Assembly: GCA_963758635.1 (NCBI GenBank)
Contig: CAVWWD010000007.1
Location: 192,001-256,000, forward strand
DNA from: an uncultured Candidatus Rokubacteria bacterium
Lineage (GTDB): Bacteria; Methylomirabilota; Methylomirabilia; Rokubacteriales; CSP1-6
DNA: 64,000 nucleotides
Direction: 5' to 3'
Of the stretch, positions 9,734 through 19,944 are shown in pieces. A program made the translations under genes and the position numbers. The stretch's first letter is position 1, and the number at the start of each line of letters is the position of its first letter. The notes beneath the pieces are model-generated. The model had not been told where the DNA came from. It saw only the letters and a list, made by a program, of their open reading frames with translations, and ran no database searches.

Positions 9734-10636
9734 ATGACCCCCGAGCGTGTGCGACGACACCGGCCCACCGTCCTCGACGAGCGACAGCGCGAGCGCTACT
9801 TCGAGGAGGGCTTCCTCGTGGTCCCCGGCGCCGTGAGCGCGCCATGGCTCGCGCGCCTGCGCGCGGTGGTCGCGGCGAAGATCGAGGAGTCCCGCGGCAT
9901 CACCGTCTCCGACGATCAGTTCGACCTCGCGCCCGACCACAGCGCCGAGAAGCCGAACATCCGGCGGCTCCGCAAGGCGGTGGACCAGCACCCGGACCTC
10001 TGGGCCTTCGCGCAGGACGCGTCGGTGGTGGACCTGGTCGCCGACGTGCTCGGCCCCGACCTGCGCTTCCACAGCTCGAAGCTCAACTTCAAGTGGTCGG
10101 CGGGCGGCGACGCCGTGCGCTGGCACCAGGACATCCAGGCGTGGCCGCACACGAACTGCGCGGTGCTCACCTTCGGGGTCTACCTCGAGGACACCGGCAC
10201 CGAGCAGGGCCCGCTCACCGCGCTGCCCGGCACGCACCGCGGTCCGCTGTTCGAGCAGTTCGACGACGCGGGTGGCTGGACCGGCGCGCTCGCCGCGCGC
10301 GACGTGGCGACGCTCCGCACCGACGCCGCCGTGGAGCTCTCGGGCCCCGCGGGGACGGTGGTCCTGCTCGACTGCCGCGTGGTCCACGGGTCGGCGGCGA
10401 ACTACTCGGATCGGATGCGCCCGCTCCTGCTGAACGTGTACGCCGCCGCCGACGCCCTGCCCATGACCCCGGCGCCCGCGCCCACGTCGCGGACGGGCGT
10501 GCTCGTGCGCGGCGCCGAGCCGGCCCACGTGCACATGGAGCCCTATCCCGCGCGCCTGCCACCCCGCTGGGACCGCGTCGGCTACCGCTCGATCTTCGCG
10601 GCCCAGAACGCCGCCGCTCCGTACGCCGACTCGTGA
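9734..10636 (+). CDS. Phytanoyl-CoA dioxygenase family protein
   Basis: YFEEGFLV, SKLNFK, VRWHQD, GPLTALPGTH, VHGS. Confidence 0.88.
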   Translation: MTPERVRRHRPTVLDERQRERYFEEGFLVVPGAVSAPWLARLRAVVAAKIEESRGITVSDDQFDLAPDHSAEKPNIRRLRKAVDQHPDLWAFAQDASVVDLVADVLGPDLRFHSSKLNFKWSAGGDAVRWHQDIQAWPHTNCAVLTFGVYLEDTGTEQGPLTALPGTHRGPLFEQFDDAGGWTGALAARDVATLRTDAAVELSGPAGTVVLLDCRVVHGSAANYSDRMRPLLLNVYAAADALPMTPAPAPTSRTGVLVRGAEPAHVHMEPYPARLPPRWDRVGYRSIFAAQNAAAPYADS

Positions 10637-10755
10637 GCCCCGCGCATCAGACCAATGCCGAGCGGTAGGACTGTAGAGGCCCGTGGCGGTTACCGAATTC
10701 TGCGAGGGTGATTAGCCCGATTGCGGCGCCGCGCACGCGCGACAAGCGAGGACAC

Positions 10756-11952
10756 ATGACCGAGAACGGACGCCCCGGACCGCTGGATGGCCTCAGAGTC
10801 CTGGACCTGACCGAGCACATGGCCGGCCCCTTCTGCTCGATGATCCTCGCCGACATGGGGGCGGACGTGATCAAGCTCGAGCGGCCAGGCAAGGGCGACT
10901 CGTCGCGCGCGATGGGCGACGGCGCCGAGCGGAACCCGTACTTCCGCTACATCAACCGCAACAAGCGGAGCCTCACCCTCGACTACAAGCAGCCGGCCGG
11001 CCGCGAGGCGTTCCTCAAGCTGGTGGCGCGCGTGGACGTGCTCGTGGAGAACTACCGGCCCACCGTGATGGACCGGGCCGGCCTCGGCTACGAGGCGCTC
11101 CGGCCGCTCAACCCGCGGCTGATCTACGCGCAGCTCTCGGGCTACGGCTACGACGGCCCCTACCGCGACAAGGGCGGGTTCGACCTGATCGCCCAGGGCA
11201 TGGGCGGCATCATGACCGTGACCGGCGAGCCGGACGGCCCGCCCGTCTCGGTGGGCTTGCCGCTCTGCGACCTCGGCACCGGCATGTGGGGCGTGCAGGG
11301 CATCCTCGCCGCGCTCTACGAGCGCCAGCGCACCGGGCAGGGCCAGCGCGTCGAGTGCTCGCTGCTCGAGACGGCGATCGGCTTCAGCTCGTGGACGAGC
11401 GCGGGCTGGCTCGCCGACCAGCAGGAGCCCACGCGGCAGGGCTCGCGCCACCGCCAGAACGCGCCCTACCAGCGCTTCGCCACCGGCGACGGCTTCATCA
11501 TGATCGGCGCCGCCGGCCAGCACATCTGGGAGCGCTGCGCGCGCGCCCTCGGCCATCCGGAGTGGATCGAGGATCCGCGCTTCCGCGCCGGGCGCGACCG
11601 GATGAAGAACCGGCCCGCGCTCGAGCGCGCGCTGGAGACGCTGCTGGTCACCCAGCCCACCGCGCACTGGGTGAAGGTGCTGGACGACGCCGGTGTCCCG
11701 TGCGGGCCCGTGTACACCTACGCGCAGCTCTTCGCCGATCCCCAGGTGGTGCACCGCGAGCTGGTCGTGCACGCCGACGATCCCGAGCTGGGCCGCGTGC
11801 CCCACATCCGCACGCCGATCAAGATGACGTCGGGCGCGGTGGCGGTGCGCGCGGTCGCGCCGAAGCTGGGCGAGCACACCGATCAGATCCTCGCCGAGGT
11901 CGGCTACTCGACCGCCGAGATCGACTCGCTCCGCCGCGCCCGCATCGTCTGA
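10756..11952 (+). CDS. Class III CoA-transferase (CaiB/BaiF family)
   Basis: PLDGLRVLDL, AGPFC, LADMGADVIKLE, NRNKRS, VENYRP, PKLGEHT. Confidence 0.92.
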   Translation: MTENGRPGPLDGLRVLDLTEHMAGPFCSMILADMGADVIKLERPGKGDSSRAMGDGAERNPYFRYINRNKRSLTLDYKQPAGREAFLKLVARVDVLVENYRPTVMDRAGLGYEALRPLNPRLIYAQLSGYGYDGPYRDKGGFDLIAQGMGGIMTVTGEPDGPPVSVGLPLCDLGTGMWGVQGILAALYERQRTGQGQRVECSLLETAIGFSSWTSAGWLADQQEPTRQGSRHRQNAPYQRFATGDGFIMIGAAGQHIWERCARALGHPEWIEDPRFRAGRDRMKNRPALERALETLLVTQPTAHWVKVLDDAGVPCGPVYTYAQLFADPQVVHRELVVHADDPELGRVPHIRTPIKMTSGAVAVRAVAPKLGEHTDQILAEVGYSTAEIDSLRRARIV

Positions 11953-12075
11953 GGCCGGACGCGGCGGCTCGCCGCGCCCGCGCGTCGGAGCGCGCGGCGG
12001 CCGCGTGCTATCATTCCGCCACCCTCGAGTTTCGCGAGAGTCCGTCGGCGCGGGACCGCCTCGCGGGGGGCGGAG

Positions 12076-12810
12076 ATGTCACGCATGCCCGACCCGCCGC
12101 GGAGACCGCAAGACCTCACCCCGGAGCAGCTCGCCTTCTACGCCCAGGTCAGCGCCGACCAGGGCCATCGCACGCGCGTCTACGAGCACTACATCCCCAG
12201 GGAGACCGGCCACGCCTTTCCCGTGGACGCCGGGCAGGTGCTCCGGATCACGTGCACGGACGGCGGCCAGGTCGCGGACTTCAACGCGTTCTCGCGGACG
12301 GATCCCGCCGAGCACTTCTGGTCGGGACGGACGCGCACGCTCCAGGGCGCGCACCTGCGGGTGGGACAGCGTCTCTGGGGCACCGAGCCGCGGATGCGCC
12401 CGATGTTCACGTTCATCACCGACACCGTCCCGCACACCGCGCAGCCGTTCAACGCCGCGTCGCACGACCTCATCTACGCGCGGTGCAGCGAGCGGGCGCG
12501 GGCGATCCAGACGGGACTGCCCGACCAGCCGAACTGCAACACGAACCTGACGCGCGCGCTGAACGCGATCGGCTTTCCGGCCACCCACGTCCACGACGCC
12601 TTCAACGTCTTCATGACCACGGGCATCGACGAGCACCAGCGCCTCTTCTTCGTCCCGCCCGAGGCCCGGCAGGGCGACCACGTCGAGCTCTACGCGGAGA
12701 TCGACACGATCGTGGCGATCTCCTGCTGCCCGGGGGCGTGTAACGGCGAGCGCACGAAGGGGCTCGGCGTGGAGGTGTTCGCGCATCCCCACCGGCCGCG
12801 CCAGCCCTGA
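12076..12810 (+). CDS. Urea carboxylase-associated family protein (DUF1989)
   Basis: GQVLRI..GGQVADFNAF, HDLIYARC, NCNTNL, FNVFM, GDHVEL, AISCCP. Confidence 0.85.
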   Translation: MSRMPDPPRRPQDLTPEQLAFYAQVSADQGHRTRVYEHYIPRETGHAFPVDAGQVLRITCTDGGQVADFNAFSRTDPAEHFWSGRTRTLQGAHLRVGQRLWGTEPRMRPMFTFITDTVPHTAQPFNAASHDLIYARCSERARAIQTGLPDQPNCNTNLTRALNAIGFPATHVHDAFNVFMTTGIDEHQRLFFVPPEARQGDHVELYAEIDTIVAISCCPGACNGERTKGLGVEVFAHPHRPRQP

Positions 12811-13646
12811 TGGAGCGCGATCGCGCCGCCGGCGCCGACGCCAAGCTCGCCCTCCGCGAGATCACCCACGTCTTCGACGGGGCGGGCGGGCCGGTCACCG
12901 CCGTGGACGGCATCGACATCGACATCCCCGCCGGGAGCCTCGTCAGCCTGATCGGCCGATCGGGCTGCGGGAAGACGACGCTGTTCAACATCGTGGCCGG
13001 CCTGCTCCGGCCGACCCGGGGCCGCGTGCTCCTGGACGGCGAGGACATCAGCGGCCGCGCCGGGCTCGTCTCCTACATGCTCCAGAAGGACCTGCTGCTG
13101 CCGTGGCGCACCGTGCTCGACAACGTCGTGCTCGGCCTCGAGCTCGGAGGCATGCGGATCGCCGAGGCCCGGGAGCAGGCGCTGCCGCTGATCCGGCGGT
13201 ACGGGCTCGGGGGCTTCGAGCGCCAGTACCCCGCGGCCCTGTCCGGCGGCATGCGCCAGCGCGCGGCCCTGCTCCGCACCCTTCTGTGCGACCGCGACGT
13301 GATCCTGCTCGACGAGCCGTTCGGCGCCCTCGACGCGCAGACGCGCTTCAGCATGCAGGAGTGGCTGCTCGGCCTCTGGCAGGACTTCGGGCGCACCGTG
13401 GTGCTGGTGACCCACGACGTGGACGAGGCGGTGTTCCTCTCCGACGAGATCTTCGTGCTCTCGCCCCGCCCGGGCCGCGTGCGGGCCCGGCTGCCGGTGC
13501 CGCTGGCGCGCCCCCGGCCGCGCGGCATCGTGACCTCGCCGGAGTTCGCCCGGACGAAGGAGCGGTGCCTCGATCTCCTCTTCGAGGAGGAGCCGGCGGG
13601 CGCACCCGGGGGGACCGGCGCCCCGGAGCCGGCGGGCGCGCGATGA
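12810..13646 (+). CDS. ABC transporter ATP-binding protein (NitT/TauT family)
   Basis: GRSGCGKTT, LSGGMRQR, LLDEPFGALD, VTHD. Confidence 0.93.
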   Translation: MERDRAAGADAKLALREITHVFDGAGGPVTAVDGIDIDIPAGSLVSLIGRSGCGKTTLFNIVAGLLRPTRGRVLLDGEDISGRAGLVSYMLQKDLLLPWRTVLDNVVLGLELGGMRIAEAREQALPLIRRYGLGGFERQYPAALSGGMRQRAALLRTLLCDRDVILLDEPFGALDAQTRFSMQEWLLGLWQDFGRTVVLVTHDVDEAVFLSDEIFVLSPRPGRVRARLPVPLARPRPRGIVTSPEFARTKERCLDLLFEEEPAGAPGGTGAPEPAGAR

Positions 13647-14521
13647 GCGAGGCGAACACCATCGCGCCGGGCGAGGCGGCGCCGGACGCGCGAGCGCCGG
13701 CGCGGCCGCGGCTGGCGCCGCCGCGCGGCATCGTGGTCCGGACGGAGCGCCGCTGGTCGACCCCGCGCGTCGTCGCCACCCAGCTCGCGATCCTCGTCCT
13801 CACGCTGGGGCTCTGGGAGCTGGGCGTGCGCGCCGGCCGGATCGATCCGTTCTTCTGGTCGCAGCCATCCGCCATCTGGCGGACGGCCATCGTCTTCGTG
13901 ACCCAGGGCAGCGCGCTCTACGACACGTGGTTCACGGTGAGCGCCACCCTGGTCGGCTTCCTGGTCGGCACCGTGGCGGGCGCGGCCATCGGGCTCTCCT
14001 TCTGGTGGTCGAGGAACGTCTCCGCCGTGCTCGAGCCGTTCGTCATCGTGTTCCACGCGGTGCCGAAGCTCGCCTTCGCCCCGCTGATCATCCTGCTCTT
14101 CGGCATCGGGATCAGCTCGAAGATCGCGCTGGCCATCGCGCTCACCATGGTCATCTCCATCCTCGCCGCCCACGGCGGCGTCAAGGCGCTGGACGACGAC
14201 CTCGTCCGGCTCATGTACACGCTGGGCGCGTCCCGGTGGCAGGTGTTCACCAAGGTCGTGATCCCGTCGTCGATGCCGTGGATCATCTCGTCCATGCGCA
14301 TCAACATCGGCATGGCGCTGGCCGGGACCATCGTGGGCGAGTTCGTCTCCTCGCAGCACGGCCTCGGCAAGCTCATCCTGTACGCGGGCTCCACCTACGA
14401 GATGGCGCTGATCTGGGTCGGCATCATCGTGCTGTCCGCGGTCGCCGTCGGCATGTACGCGGCGGTCATCCGGCTCGAGCGGGTGCTGCTCCGCGGCGTG
14501 CGCGCCCAGGTGAGCGAGTAG
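13643..14521 (+). CDS. ABC transporter permease (NitT/TauT family)
   Basis: Multiple TM segments, PKLAFAPL, LGASRWQVF, VGEF..S..GLG; ATGA overlap. Confidence 0.92.
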   Translation: MSEANTIAPGEAAPDARAPARPRLAPPRGIVVRTERRWSTPRVVATQLAILVLTLGLWELGVRAGRIDPFFWSQPSAIWRTAIVFVTQGSALYDTWFTVSATLVGFLVGTVAGAAIGLSFWWSRNVSAVLEPFVIVFHAVPKLAFAPLIILLFGIGISSKIALAIALTMVISILAAHGGVKALDDDLVRLMYTLGASRWQVFTKVVIPSSMPWIISSMRINIGMALAGTIVGEFVSSQHGLGKLILYAGSTYEMALIWVGIIVLSAVAVGMYAAVIRLERVLLRGVRAQVSE

Positions 14522-14525
14522 CGCC

Positions 14526-16112
14526 GTGGCCGCGGGTCCTCCGGGCGTGACGCCGGCGGCCACGGGCGAGCAGATCGTCCGGGGCCGGCACGTGGTCTCG
14601 CGGGTCGCGCCGGACGGCCGCCCGGTGATCGTCGACGCGGGCGGCGTGCTGGTCCGCGACGGCGTGGTCGCGGAGGTGGCGGCGTTCGACGACCTGGCGC
14701 GCCGCCACCCGCGGGCCGCCGTGGTGGGCGCCGGGCGTGACGTGGTCGTGCCGGGCCTCGTGAACGCGCACCATCACACCGGCCTCACGCCCACCCAGCA
14801 CGGCATCCCCGACGCGCCGCTCGAGCTGTGGCTGCCGTCGTTCATGGGCATGCGCGCCGTCGATCCGTACCTGGACACGCTCCACTCGGCCATCGAGATG
14901 CTGGAGTCCGGCGTGACCACCGTCCAGCACATCCAGGGCGGCCCCATCGGGCCGCGCGGCGGCTGGATGTCCACCGCGGAGCGGATCGTGCGCGCCTACG
15001 AGGACGCCGGCATGCGCGTGAGCTACTGCTTCATGCTCCGCGACCGGAACCGCTTCGTGTACGGCGACGACGCCGCGTTCCTGGCCTCGCTGCCGCCCGC
15101 GCTCGCCGCCGAGCTGCGCGGCCTGCTCGCCGACCGCACCGCGCCCCTCGAGGAGTACGTGGGCTTCTTCGAGGAGCTGGCGGCCCGGTGGCACGACCCG
15201 CGCGGGCGCGTGTGCGTGCAGCTGGCGCCGGCCAACCTCCAGTGGTGCACCGACCGGGCGCTCGAGCTGCAGCGGGACGCCGCGCTCCGCCACGGCGTGG
15301 GGCTGCACATGCACCTGCTCGAGACCGCCTACCAGCGCGCGTTCTCCGGCAAGCACGACGGCCACTCCGCCGTCCGGCACCTCGAGCGTCTGGGGCTCCT
15401 CGGCCCGTCCATGACGATCGGCCACGGCATCTGGATGACCGCGGACGACGCGGACCTCGTGGCGGCCACCGGAACGATGGTGTGTCACAACGCGAGCTCG
15501 GGGCTCAGGCTCCAGAGCGGCATCGCTCCCGTCGCGGCGCTCCTCGACCGCGGGGTCAAGGTGGCGCTCGGGATCGACCAGGCGGGCATCAACGACGACC
15601 GCGACATGCTCCAGGAGATGCGGGTGGCCTGGTGCCTGCAGCGGGGGCCGGGGCACGACGCCGAGCCGCCCAGCGCGGCGACGGTGTTCCGCATGGCCAC
15701 CGAGTTCGGCGCCGCCACCACGGGCTTCGCCGATCGCATCGGCGTCCTCGAGCCCGGCCGCGCCGCCGACCTCGTGCTTCTCGACTGGGACGCCGTCGCC
15801 ACGCCGTACCTGGACGCGGAGACGCCGGTCCTCGACGCGCTCCTGCATCGGGCCAAGGCCTCCGCGGTGCGCACGTCCATGGTGGGCGGCCGCGTCGTGC
15901 TCCGCGACGGCCGGCCCGTCGGCGTGGACGCGGACGCGGTGAGGGGAGAGATCGCGCGCCAGCTCGCCGGCGGCCCCACCGCGGCCGAGCAGCGCCGGCG
16001 GGAGCTCGCGCGGAGCCTCGCCCCGCACGTGCGGGACTTCTACCGCGGCTGGCCGGTGCCCACCGCCACGCGCGGCTATCCGCGGTTCAACGACCCCGAG
16101 GACCGGCCATGA
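14526..16112 (+). CDS. Metal-dependent amidohydrolase (MTA/SAH deaminase, AtzA/TriA-like class)
   Basis: PGLVNAHHH, HMHLLET, GHGIW, ALGID, GRAADLV. Confidence 0.88.
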   Translation: MAAGPPGVTPAATGEQIVRGRHVVSRVAPDGRPVIVDAGGVLVRDGVVAEVAAFDDLARRHPRAAVVGAGRDVVVPGLVNAHHHTGLTPTQHGIPDAPLELWLPSFMGMRAVDPYLDTLHSAIEMLESGVTTVQHIQGGPIGPRGGWMSTAERIVRAYEDAGMRVSYCFMLRDRNRFVYGDDAAFLASLPPALAAELRGLLADRTAPLEEYVGFFEELAARWHDPRGRVCVQLAPANLQWCTDRALELQRDAALRHGVGLHMHLLETAYQRAFSGKHDGHSAVRHLERLGLLGPSMTIGHGIWMTADDADLVAATGTMVCHNASSGLRLQSGIAPVAALLDRGVKVALGIDQAGINDDRDMLQEMRVAWCLQRGPGHDAEPPSAATVFRMATEFGAATTGFADRIGVLEPGRAADLVLLDWDAVATPYLDAETPVLDALLHRAKASAVRTSMVGGRVVLRDGRPVGVDADAVRGEIARQLAGGPTAAEQRRRELARSLAPHVRDFYRGWPVPTATRGYPRFNDPEDRP

Positions 16113-17356
16113 GCGACATCGCCGACCTCGTCCTCGCCGACGCCACGTTGCCGGACGGCACGCGGGGGTACGTGGCCGTCGCGGGCGAGCGCATCGCGAG
16201 CCTGGGCGCGGGCGCAATGCCCCCGGCGCGGCGGCGCATCGACCTCGGCGGGCGGCTCCTGATCCCGGCGCTCATCGACGGGCACCTCCACCTGGACAAG
16301 ACGCTGCTGGGCTTGCCGTGGCGACCCCACGCGGCCGCGGGCGACTCGACCCGCGACCGCATCGACGGCGAGAAGAAGATGCGGGCCGCGCTCGCCGGGC
16401 CCGTGGACGCCCGCGCCGGGGCGCTCCTGGCCCAGGCGCAGGGCCACGGCACGCTGGCGCTGCGCACCCACGTGGACATCGACGACGTGACGCGCGTGGC
16501 GAACCTCGAGCGGATCCTGGCCCTCAGGGAGAAGTGGGCCGGCGACGTGACCATCCAGGTGGTGGCGTTCCCGCAGAGCGGCATCCTGACGTGCCCCGGC
16601 GTCCGCGACCTCCTCGAGGAGTCGCTGCGGCTCGGCGCGGACCTGGTGGGCGGCCTCGACCCGCTCGGGATCGACGGGAACCTGGACGGCCACCTCGACG
16701 TGGTGTTCGGTCTCGCCACGCGCTTCGGGCGCGGAGTGGACATCCATCTGCACGACGGCGGCGAGGCCGGGCTCGGCGAGATCCTCGCCATCGCGGAGCG
16801 CACCCGGCAGAGCGGGCTCGGCGGCCGTGTCACGGTCAGCCACGCCTTCGCCCTGGGCTCGGTGCCCCCGGACGCGGCGGCGCGGGCCGCCGAGCGGCTG
16901 GCCGCCGCCGGCGTGTCGATCCTCACGAGCGCGCCGGGCAGCGCCGCCATGCCGCCGGTGCGGGTGCTGCGGAGCGCGGGCGTCACCGTCTTCGCGGGAT
17001 CGGACAACGTGCGCGACGCCTGGTCGCCCTTCGGCAACGCGAACATGCTCGAGCGCTGCATGCTGGTCGCCTATCGCTCCGGGTTCCGGACCGATCCCGA
17101 CCTGGCCTCGACCCTGGACCTGGCCACCAGCGCCGCCGCCTCGGTGCTCGGCCTCGCCGACCATGGCCTCCGGCCCGGGGCGCACGCCGATCTGCTCGTG
17201 CTCGGCGCCTCGTCGCTGCCCCAGGCCATCGTCGAGCGGCCGTCGCCCGACATCGTGATGCGCCGCGGGCGCATCGTGCGCGAACAGGCGGTCGGCCTCG
17301 CCGGCGCGGCGACCGCCCCTATCCGCAGCCCCTCACCCTCGGGAGGCACTCCATGA
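16109..17356 (+). CDS. Amidohydrolase, cytosine deaminase/AtzC-like
   Basis: DGHLHLDK, RTHVD, QVVAFPQSG, DIHLHD, SHAF, GSDNVRDAWSPFG. Confidence 0.88.
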   Translation: MSDIADLVLADATLPDGTRGYVAVAGERIASLGAGAMPPARRRIDLGGRLLIPALIDGHLHLDKTLLGLPWRPHAAAGDSTRDRIDGEKKMRAALAGPVDARAGALLAQAQGHGTLALRTHVDIDDVTRVANLERILALREKWAGDVTIQVVAFPQSGILTCPGVRDLLEESLRLGADLVGGLDPLGIDGNLDGHLDVVFGLATRFGRGVDIHLHDGGEAGLGEILAIAERTRQSGLGGRVTVSHAFALGSVPPDAAARAAERLAAAGVSILTSAPGSAAMPPVRVLRSAGVTVFAGSDNVRDAWSPFGNANMLERCMLVAYRSGFRTDPDLASTLDLATSAAASVLGLADHGLRPGAHADLLVLGASSLPQAIVERPSPDIVMRRGRIVREQAVGLAGAATAPIRSPSPSGGTP

Positions 17357-18351
17357 AGCGCAGCATCGCCCTCGCCGTGCTGGTCGCCACCGTCGTGCTC
17401 GCGTTCGCCGGGACCGTGCCCGCGCCGGCGCCGGCCCAGCAACTGCGGCCGTTCGTGGTCACGGAGCCCGTCCACTCGCTCGACAGCGTCCCGTTCTACC
17501 TGGCCGTCCGGAAGGGCTTCTTCAAGGAGCTCGGGCTCGACGTCAAGCTCGTGACCTCGGAAGGCGGCGGGCGGCACATCGCCGCGGTCATCTCGGGGGA
17601 CGCCAACGCCTTCATCGGCGGGCCCGAGCACATCGCCTTCGCGCGGGTGAAGGGCGGCAAGGAGCTGCGCGCGGTGGTGAGCATGTCCAACCGCGCCAGC
17701 CAGTACTTCGTGGCCGGCAAGTCGGTGACGATCAACGACAAGGCCTCGGCGGGCGAGAAGCTCCGCGGCAAGCGCATCGCCATCGGGACGCGAGGCGGCA
17801 CCGGCTACTCGATCGTGCGCTTCCTCCTGGCCCAGGACGGGATCGACCCGACCAAGGACGTGGTGCTGGTCGAGATCCCGACCGCGGCGGGCCGCATGGC
17901 CGCCATCCGCGCCGGGCAGGCCGACGTGGCGATGATCAACGAGCCGCTGATCTCCCAGGGCATGAAGGCCGGCCTCTGGAACCAGCCGTTCATGAGCATG
18001 CCCGCCGAGCTCGGGCCCTTCGTCTACACGACCATCAACCTGCCGCTGGACCTCATCCAGAAGGATCCGGCCATGGTGGCGGGGATGGTCAAGGCCATGG
18101 TGAAGGCCCTCGACTACACGTTCGCCCACCCCGAGGAGGCCGAGGCGGTGGCCCGCGCCGAGTTCCCCACGCTGCCCGTGGAGGACGTGAAGGCCGTCCT
18201 CAAGCGCGCGCTGGACGACAAGCTGTGGGAGCGGAACGGGTCGATGCCGAAGGAGGCGTGGGCCCGCCTGCACGAGATCGTCCGCAAGGGCGGGCTCCTC
18301 GAGCGCGACGTGGCGTACGAGGAGGTCTTCGAGCCGAAGTTCCTGCGGTAG
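17353..18351 (+). CDS. ABC transporter substrate-binding protein (NMT1/THI5/SsuA-like)
   Basis: Signal peptide MKRSIALAVLV..., PFYLAVRKGFFKELGLDV, LRGKRIAI. Confidence 0.88.
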   Translation: MKRSIALAVLVATVVLAFAGTVPAPAPAQQLRPFVVTEPVHSLDSVPFYLAVRKGFFKELGLDVKLVTSEGGGRHIAAVISGDANAFIGGPEHIAFARVKGGKELRAVVSMSNRASQYFVAGKSVTINDKASAGEKLRGKRIAIGTRGGTGYSIVRFLLAQDGIDPTKDVVLVEIPTAAGRMAAIRAGQADVAMINEPLISQGMKAGLWNQPFMSMPAELGPFVYTTINLPLDLIQKDPAMVAGMVKAMVKALDYTFAHPEEAEAVARAEFPTLPVEDVKAVLKRALDDKLWERNGSMPKEAWARLHEIVRKGGLLERDVAYEEVFEPKFLR

Positions 18352-18367
18352 CCTCCGATGAGCGCTG

Positions 18368-19802
18368 ATGGACCCCGGGCCCGGCCCGCCCGCGCGGGCC
18401 GACGTGATCGTGACCGGTCACGTGATCACGATGGATCCGCGCCGCACCGTCCGGCCCGACGGCGCCGTCGTCGTCCGCGACGGTGACATCGTGGACGTCG
18501 GCGATCGCGCCGCGATGCTCGCGCGTCACCGGCCGGACCGGCTGATCGACCGGCCCGGCGCCATCGTGCTGCCCGGCCTGATCGACGCGCACACGCACAT
18601 GACGCAGGCCCTCGTGCGCGGCCTCATCGCCGAGGAGCTGCCGATGATCCTGCGGCTCTACGTCCCCGCGTCGCGCGCGATGACGCCGGCGGAGGCGGGC
18701 ACCGCCACCACGCTGTGCTCGGCCCAGCTCCTGAGCTCGGGCGTGACCACGGCGTGTGAAGGCGCGGGGGCCAGCAACCCCGAGCAGCTCGCCGCGCAGC
18801 TCGAGGCCATCGAGGCGGTGGGCATCCGGGTGAACGTCGTGCGCGGCGCGCCCGACCAGGACTTCCACCACGCGGCGCTCTACTCGCAGGTGAACGGAGA
18901 CCTCCTGGCGGAAGGTCCGCGAAGGGGACGCCGAGCGGGACCTGGCCGTCACCGAAGACCTCCTGCGGCGCTATCCGCCGAAGGGACGCGGCCGGATCAC
19001 CGCGGGCATCAACGCTTCCGCGCTCACCGGCTACTCACCGCGCTACTTCGAGCTGTCCCGGGCGCTCGCGGCGCGCCACGCGGCCAAGGTGCACGTGCAC
19101 GCCGCGCGCGACCGCGAGGAGGTGGAGTTCTGCCTGGCCGTGGCGGGCCGGCGGCCCATCGAGTGGCTCGAAGACCTCGGCATGCTCGGGCCGGACCTCG
19201 TGCTGGCGCACGCCATGCTCGCGACCGAGGGCGAGATCCGCGCGATCGGCCAGACGCGGACCGGCGTCGCCCACTCCGCCGTCGAGTGCGTGAACATCCT
19301 GAGCGCCGTTCCGAACGTGAAGATGATGCGCGCGCTCGGCGCCACCGTCGCCCTCGGCTGCGACAACGCCGTCAACGACATGTTCGTCGTCATGCACACG
19401 GCGTGGGTGCTGCACGCGGCCACCCGCGGCATCGCCGCCTACGATCCCGAGATCCTCGACGCCGAGACGATCCTGGCCATGGCCACCATCGACGGCGCGC
19501 GGCTGCTCGGGCTCGACCACGTGGTCGGCTCGCTGGAGCCCGGCAAGGCCGCGGACCTGACGGTCCTGGACGGGCGGAGCCTCTTCCTCCACCCGCCCCA
19601 GCACCTCGTGAGCGAGATCGTCCGCTACGGGTCACGGGCGGACGTCCGCCTGGTGATGGTCGGCGGCCGGACCGTCGTGGAGGACGGCGTGGTCACCACG
19701 ATCGACCGCGCGCGCCTCGGCGAGGACGCCGAGCGCGGGGCCCGCCGCCTCCGCGCGATCGTCGAGCCCCGCCGCTACCGGCCCCTCCATCCTCCGGCCT
19801 GA
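18368..19802 (+). CDS. Amidohydrolase, MTA/SAH deaminase-like (apparent frameshift near 18895)
   Basis: PGLIDAHTH in the first frame; HVHAA, LAHA, ALGCD, GSLEPGKAADL in the second frame. Confidence 0.82.
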
Positions 19803-19822
19803 CTCCCCCAGCGAGCCCGGGG

Positions 19823-19879
19823 TTGACAGTGCGGGTCCCGGTTTAGTATCAGTTAACTCACGTTAAGCCATCACTTAAC
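19823..19879 (+). promoter_or_regulatory. Candidate sigma70 promoter and palindromic operator upstream of the hcr-box operon
   Basis: TTGACA at 19823, TAGTAT at 19844 (short 15-nt spacer), perfect GTTAAG-N6-CTTAAC at 19862-19879 in an AT-rich patch. Confidence 0.55.
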
Positions 19880-19944
19880 CGTGACGAGCCATCGTCGCGG
19901 GATGGCCTCGACGACCCGGCGGCCTCCAGGAGGGTGATCGGAAC

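Noticed and set aside
11953..12075. Guanidine riboswitch upstream of DUF1989
   Set aside because: No ykkC-type conserved tracts or paired ACGR hairpins recognisable by eye
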